A stretch of 64,000 bases of DNA from Eledone cirrhosa (taxonomy: Eukaryota): contig OZ024743.1 of assembly GCA_964016885.1 (NCBI GenBank), forward strand, positions 364,932,001-364,996,000. Direction: 5' to 3'. The notes below the pieces were generated by a model. The model was not told the origin of the DNA and ran no database searches. It worked only from the letters and a program-made list of their open reading frames with translations. A program made the position numbers and the translations under genes. Below are positions 58,429-64,000 of this stretch, in pieces (the first letter of the stretch is position 1; the number at the start of each line of letters is the position of its first letter).

Positions 58429-58488
58429 TATTTTATCTGATGAAAGCGTACCAATGTGTCTTGGTACCCTTGAAATATATATAAAATA
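58429..58488 (+). ncRNA. Hammerhead-ribozyme-like motif
   Basis: UAUUUUAU-CUGAUGA-AAG.GUACCAA-loop-UUGGUAC.CUU-GAAA-UAUAU-AUAAAAUA; cleavage register ambiguous by 1 nt. Confidence 0.65.
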
Positions 58489-58534
58489 AATATGGTTTTA
58501 TAAATATAGTTTCCATTTATTTAATATCATTGTG

Positions 58535-58565
<31 letters not shown>

Positions 58566-58829
58566 TATTATTATTACTATAAATTTTTACTATATAAATT
58601 ATTACTATAAATTATTACTATAAATTATTGCTATGAATTATTACTTCAAATTTATTATTATTACTATATATATATATATAGTAATAATAATAAATTTGAA
58701 GACTAAAATCCAAAGAGGGTTCGATAAAGATAAATATATATCAAATATATAAGAACCGTAGAGCAAATATTTATTAAAATAACAGATTAAACTTTAGTCT
58801 GTTATTTTAATAAATATATATATATATAT

Positions 58830-59195
58830 TCATGGATCACAGGCCTCACGTACGAGGACTGAACAAAGTCTGATTCACCACCTTGGGTCCTATTCCCCTC
58901 TTCGTCTCAACTCACCTCCCCAATTTCTCTAATACCCCTTTCATTATCACACCACTAGATTCCTATCGCTTTCACTGATCATTAGCAGCTTCTCTTACAA
59001 CTAATACAGGCCGACTATATATGCTCACTCCACCTTTCCCTTCACTGTTCTCTATACACACATACACACCCTTATATTAACATACTGTTGCTCATAGCTT
59101 CGTACTTACACGCACACACACTCTTTTACCCACATATACACACACATTTCTTCTTAGCTTCGTACGGACGTATAATAACACACACACACACACGC

Positions 59196-59252
<57 letters not shown>

Positions 59253-59606
59253 CTTACGCACGTGCACAAGTATAGCTCTTTTTACAAAACGTTTTTTCTT
59301 TTCATTTCAGGTAGACGCGTTCCATCATCCCCTTTTCTAAAAAATAAATCATACACAAAACGCCAGCACCAACAGTTTTGCAAGAGACGTCAACATGAAT
59401 GGACCTGTTACTTTTAGCTAAAGACATTTTTTTTCAATTCCAACCCACCCGTCCCCTCAATCTATCTTATTTCTCATTCTTTCTTCTGATGAAGGACCAG
59501 CGTCCGAAACGTTAAGACCCCCTTCCTGCTATATCAAGCGTTAACCTAATATATCCCTTCCATATACTGTACCGATTGTGTTGTTATTTCTGTCTACCTT
59601 TTACAT
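58830..59606 (+). mobile_element. Penelope-like 3' end (GIY-YIG C-terminus plus terminal repeat with hammerhead)
   Basis: EQSLIHHLGSYSPLRLNSPPQFL* resembles the PLE terminal E..LI..LGT..P.GLN motif; hammerhead core at 59482-59517. Confidence 0.72.
59482..59517 (+). ncRNA. Minimal type I hammerhead ribozyme (Penelope type, palindromic helix III)
   Basis: UCUU-CUGAUGA-A-GGAC-cagc-GUCC-GAAAC-GUU/AAGA; predicted cleavage after 59513. Confidence 0.8.
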
Positions 59607-59622
59607 ATATATATATATATAT

Positions 59623-59810
59623 CTAAGGCGGGTAAAATTCCCGAGATCCATGGACGAGTTCTCTCCAGCGGTCTCTGTCCCTCATTATCGCTGCCATGTC
59701 CTGCGTCTCCAACAGACCAGTGTCTGTCCTTAGGGCATCAACATACGTTAACCTTGGTCTTCCTCTTCTAGTGTGTCCATGTAGGAGGTCTGACAGTGTG
59801 CTGTACTGAT
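59623..59810 (-). mobile_element. RTE-like LINE 3' end with (TA)n tail
   Basis: HGHTRRGRPRLTYVDALRTDTGL...MRDRDRWR. Confidence 0.75.
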
Positions 59811-59996
59811 GAAGGGTGATACCCAGAAACATTAGTGTCTGCAGTTCTGTTCGCATGCCAACACAAGAGCAAGAATGAAATGTTGATTCTACTGACATGG
59901 CTATAAAATTGAGGCTTGTTTGCAAAATTGCAAAAGAATCGAATGTTATTATTAATATTCGAAACACTCAAATTATATTCATATAAATATAAATAA

Positions 59997-60061
<65 letters not shown>

Positions 60062-60093
60062 CAAATAAATAAATATATATATATAAATAAATA

Positions 60094-60132
<39 letters not shown>

Positions 60133-60489
60133 GTGAGCGATTTGAGTCATAGTTAGAAATGGAGGCAGTAAAAGTGATAACGATGTGTTGAGGGGTTGGT
60201 AGGGCAGGTGGTGGTCTGAGTTGTGGGAAAGGGGTGTTACAATTGCTCCCCTCTCTTGCTACGAAAGAAAACAACGACTCTATTAAATCCTGATTGGGTG
60301 CCAAAGGAAACGTCTAACAATACGTTATGTCGTAAATAGGTGCTTAGCAGATTATTAATGAATCTCGTTTAATAATAACAACAATAAGAGTAATAACAAT
60401 AGAAATAATAATAAAAACACCAGCAAGAATGTTAACAATAGTCATGAAAATGGTTACAACAAAACAACAACAACAATAATAATAAACAA

Positions 60490-60490
60490 C

Positions 60491-60522
<32 letters not shown>

Positions 60523-63500
60523 TTTCTTTATTATTGGCCACAAGGGACAATACAAAGACAAGCACTGTGGGGGGGGGGGGATATACAATAATATCGAGTA
60601 AAAATTCACAATAGCAAAAACAATTAATAATGAAAATATATAAAAATATATAAAAATATATAAAATATGATAAAATAAATTCCCCAATAGTAGGATAACC
60701 ACCTAGGGGCGATTCAGGTACCCCATCAAACCTGAACTACCCGACGCTTCGAGAGCACCCGAGAAAGGCGCCCCTCTCCTCCTCAAATTAACCAGCCTAC
60801 AGCCGCATGCTCAGAGTAGGCCCATTCACTCGGGCCATTTTCGTTACATCCATCCACCTTTTAGCAAATGTACTGGGCGCAGCACTTCTCTCTGCACTTT
60901 CCTCTTTCTTTCTATGTGAAACTTGGAAAAGTTGATGAAGGATTGGCCGAGAGAAAAATATTTGTCTACAGTCCTTTCAACCTGCTCCACCATAAAACCT
61001 CTTTCGCTATTGCCACCAGACAGAGGAAAACGGCTTGCCCTTCCCCGCCAAAATAAGACGGCGGACAGATTTTCACTATGGATTCGTTGGATAGCCGGAT
61101 CCGTCCTATACGCGACAATCGCTGTTCGACATAACTACATAAGTCAGTAATGCACTGACACTAGACAAGTGCATGCAGAACGGATTTGTCTGCGCGCATT
61201 TCAAGCAGGCCCGTCTGACAGCACTTCCGTGCCTGTAGAGTTTATATCGAATCTGCAGTGCTACCGAAGAGTACTGCTAAGTGAGGGATTTTTGGAATTT
61301 ATCCTTAGTCCCGGCTCGAAAGTCCCTTGGAACTGACTGGTCAGTTCTGTTTCGTCGACGCCCAGAGCCTCTCCGAGTGCGTCGCCGCACAGGCCCACCA
61401 CTAATCTCTATAGAACACAAGAATGGAATTTCCACTAATCGCATTGCCCGCCTGACATTCAAGATGCCAGGCACCCAGTCTCGGTATTTTCTTAACCCAG
61501 GACTGCAGCTCAGTCAAAGAGACGAGCTGCAGAAAAACTTGTCTCACAAACGGCGACCACACCTGTTCACCGTATAAGAATATCTGAAGATGCCGTAGCC
61601 TCAGTGCATGTTTACGGATTATCAACCACGGCATGTCCAGTCCTCCACTTAAAGAGTACTGGCAGCAGATAGACCGCCTCACCAATGCAACATGTCCCTT
61701 CCACAAAAAGGGTTAGAGGAGCCGTTCCAATTTGGTGAGGTGCGAACGGGGAAAAGGCACGGCGGTCAGGTGGTAATAGATGATTGACGCGATGTACGCA
61801 TTCGCCACCTCCACCTGAACTTTCAGGGATAACTTCCTGTTGGCTGATTTCTGAGTGAGAGTGGCTACCCTGTTGGTTATCTCGTCACAGTTCCTATATA
61901 CCTGGAAATTCGGTCCGAACCAGACCTGGAGCAGCTTCACCCGTCCACCTTTCCTATTCCCCCAATCAGGTGCTGACCATCTCGATTTCTGAGGTGTTCT
62001 ACACCATCAAGGTGATATCACTGTATATGCCGACACAGCTTTTCCACGTCCTGGTTCGATCGGGATGCCCTGCAAATGCTCCAGCTTCCACAGTAAAGGC
62101 TCGAGAGACCGATCGGGAGATCTGAAACGATTCAGAAGGATGGCTATTAACTTTGACCACCGAGCAAATGCTGCTGTGCATTGCAGCGATCCAGCCCCTG
62201 AAGACGGGATGGAAGCCAGCAGAGTTATGTGCCTGAAATTGTCTAATATACCCCTCTTGCTCTCGTCTTTCCTCATCAGCGTTACTACGACCTGGCCCAC
62301 AAAATTGGGAATACTTCCGTTTTGTTACCAGTTGCAGTAGACCGCTTCGAGGAGATCGGAGAACAAGTCTGGCATTTCTATGTAAAACTTGTAGGTTAGA
62401 CCATCCAAGCCAAGTGACTTGCGCCCCGTGCAGTCGACCAGGGCATCCCGAATCTCCGCTGAAGTTATCGGCGCATCATCTGGGGAGGTTCGCGGGAGGC
62501 CGTCGAAGTAGAAAATGAAATCTGTCACCGTCTCCGACAACCCACCGTCCCCGAATAGTCAAGCAAACTGCAGGCGAAAGGCCGCACACATCCGCCTGGA
62601 ATCGTTCAACATGCTTTGGTCTCAGTCCGTCAGAGACCGAATCGTGGTTATGTTACCACGCTGCACCTCCCCTACACGGGCTAATCGGACAGCTTTCGTT
62701 CCCGCGTTTCTTAGAGCACTCGCTTTAGCTTTGACAATGCAACCTTTGTGCTTCGCATTGAAGAAATTGTATAATGCCATTCTCGCTGCTAGTAGGTCAG
62801 TTGCAATACCATTTCTAATCGCCTCATCTAATTTAGCTACCAACTCCCTTTCCTTTCTGTCTTTCTTTTCTAGCGATCCTTCTTTACTAAAGTTCATTGA
62901 CATTACTCTAATCTCTCTCTTGAGAGCCACCACCACCACCTGTTGTCTACGACCTCTCCTGTCAACTTACATTTGACTAAAGTGGTGCCCCTATCCCTGT
63001 AAGCTTTACGTGCCAGGAGCGACATGTTCAGCTTCCTGTAACCAGGTCCTAGCCTATGAGTTCTATCTAGGTCGACCATGCAGATCACAAACTTGTAATC
63101 TGAACAGGCGACAGTTCGGAAATGTAGACAACCTATACTATCCTTATCTACTGTCCTAAAAAAAAAGTATCTATATACGATCTAGATGATCCTATGCGGT
63201 TGGTTCAGGTCTATACTGGCGCATTAGGGAAATCTAGTCGGTACCTGTCAGACAGTTGGTACTGGCTGATCAGGTACTTGAGGCTTTTGCCCCCCCCCCG
63301 CTCCTATCAGCTACTCCCACATAGTCCCGCTAAATGTAAAGGGCGAGACATTCAAAGAAAGGCTTCCAGGCGCCTACAGATATCCGGCCGTTCGGTCCCG
63401 GTCGGGGCGTAGACGGCCACCAGTCTAAAGGCATCACTTTTGCTATTGCTCACATCCAGGACCAACAACTTGCCATCCGGGTCTAGGAAGATCGACCTTA

Positions 63501-63660
63501 CTTCGAGGTCCAGGCCTTTCCTAAACAGCAATGCCACCTCACCTCCCATTCCCGACCGACTAAGATATGCGAAGATCTGATAGTCGTTGAAAATAGGGAC
63601 TAGTGCGTGTGTGTCGGAAATTCTGGTCTCATTGACGGCACATCCATATTTAGTGACATG
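60490..63660 (-). mobile_element. Degenerate sister-family Tx1 LINE (ORF2 only) with an (ATT)n tail
   Basis: Fragments LDPDGKLLVLDV, AFRLVAVYAP, LDRTHRLGPGY, KSLGLDGL, RKHALRLRHL align to ORF2; 3' end AATAAAGAAATC followed by (ATT)n. Confidence 0.88.
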
Positions 63661-63664
63661 AGCT

Positions 63665-64000
63665 CGTTCATCAAGCGACTCCAGAGCTGGGTCAATAATA
63701 AGATATAGTGTTGGAATCATCAACTGGACGGTCAACGAACTGAAAACAGATAGAAAAACAAGAAAGACCTTGAATATATATCAAGGCTTACACCTCCAGG
63801 CTGAACGACACTATGCGAAAAGAGCAGAAGTTGGGAAAGGACCGATCGGTGGTGAGTAGATAGTTTCAGTGGAGAAAGAGAGCTTGAGCGAGTATCTAGG
63901 AAAATATAAAGAAAATTTGTTAAAGGAGGTCATAAAAGAAGGAATCTATGATGGAAAGGGAGACTCACAAAAAAGGAACGTCAAAATAGCTACAGAACGG
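63665..64000 (+). mobile_element. Degenerate R4/Dong-like RT fragment
   Basis: Translates IRYSVGIINWTVNELKTDRKTRK, resembling YSYNVINWSSTEIRRLDTKIRK of the 36.7-37.5 kb ORF. Confidence 0.6.

Overview
AT-rich, microsatellite-saturated animal genomic DNA. The repeat content is most consistent with an octopod cephalopod (inference). No host protein-coding exon could be identified, and nearly all listed ORFs are translations of (TA)n, (CA)n, (GA)n or (TAC)n tracts. The real content is retroelements: (1) an intact two-ORF Tx1-group (L1 clade) LINE at 45.7-51.6 kb, in a head-to-tail array of its own 5'-truncated copies, all embedded in (TATC)n, plus a decayed (TATC)n-flanked paralogue lacking the endonuclease domain and a sister lineage with an (ATT)n tail; (2) R4/Dong-like restriction-like-endonuclease LINEs; (3) Penelope-like fragments and several hammerhead-ribozyme-like motifs, including two 330-425 bp near-perfect palindromes whose arms each carry a hammerhead core with a long helix II insertion starting at the fold-back axis; (4) tRNA-derived SINEs, a tandem non-autonomous Helitron cluster, and hAT, RTE and CR1-like remnants. 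All calls are by eye; no database search or RNA folding was run.
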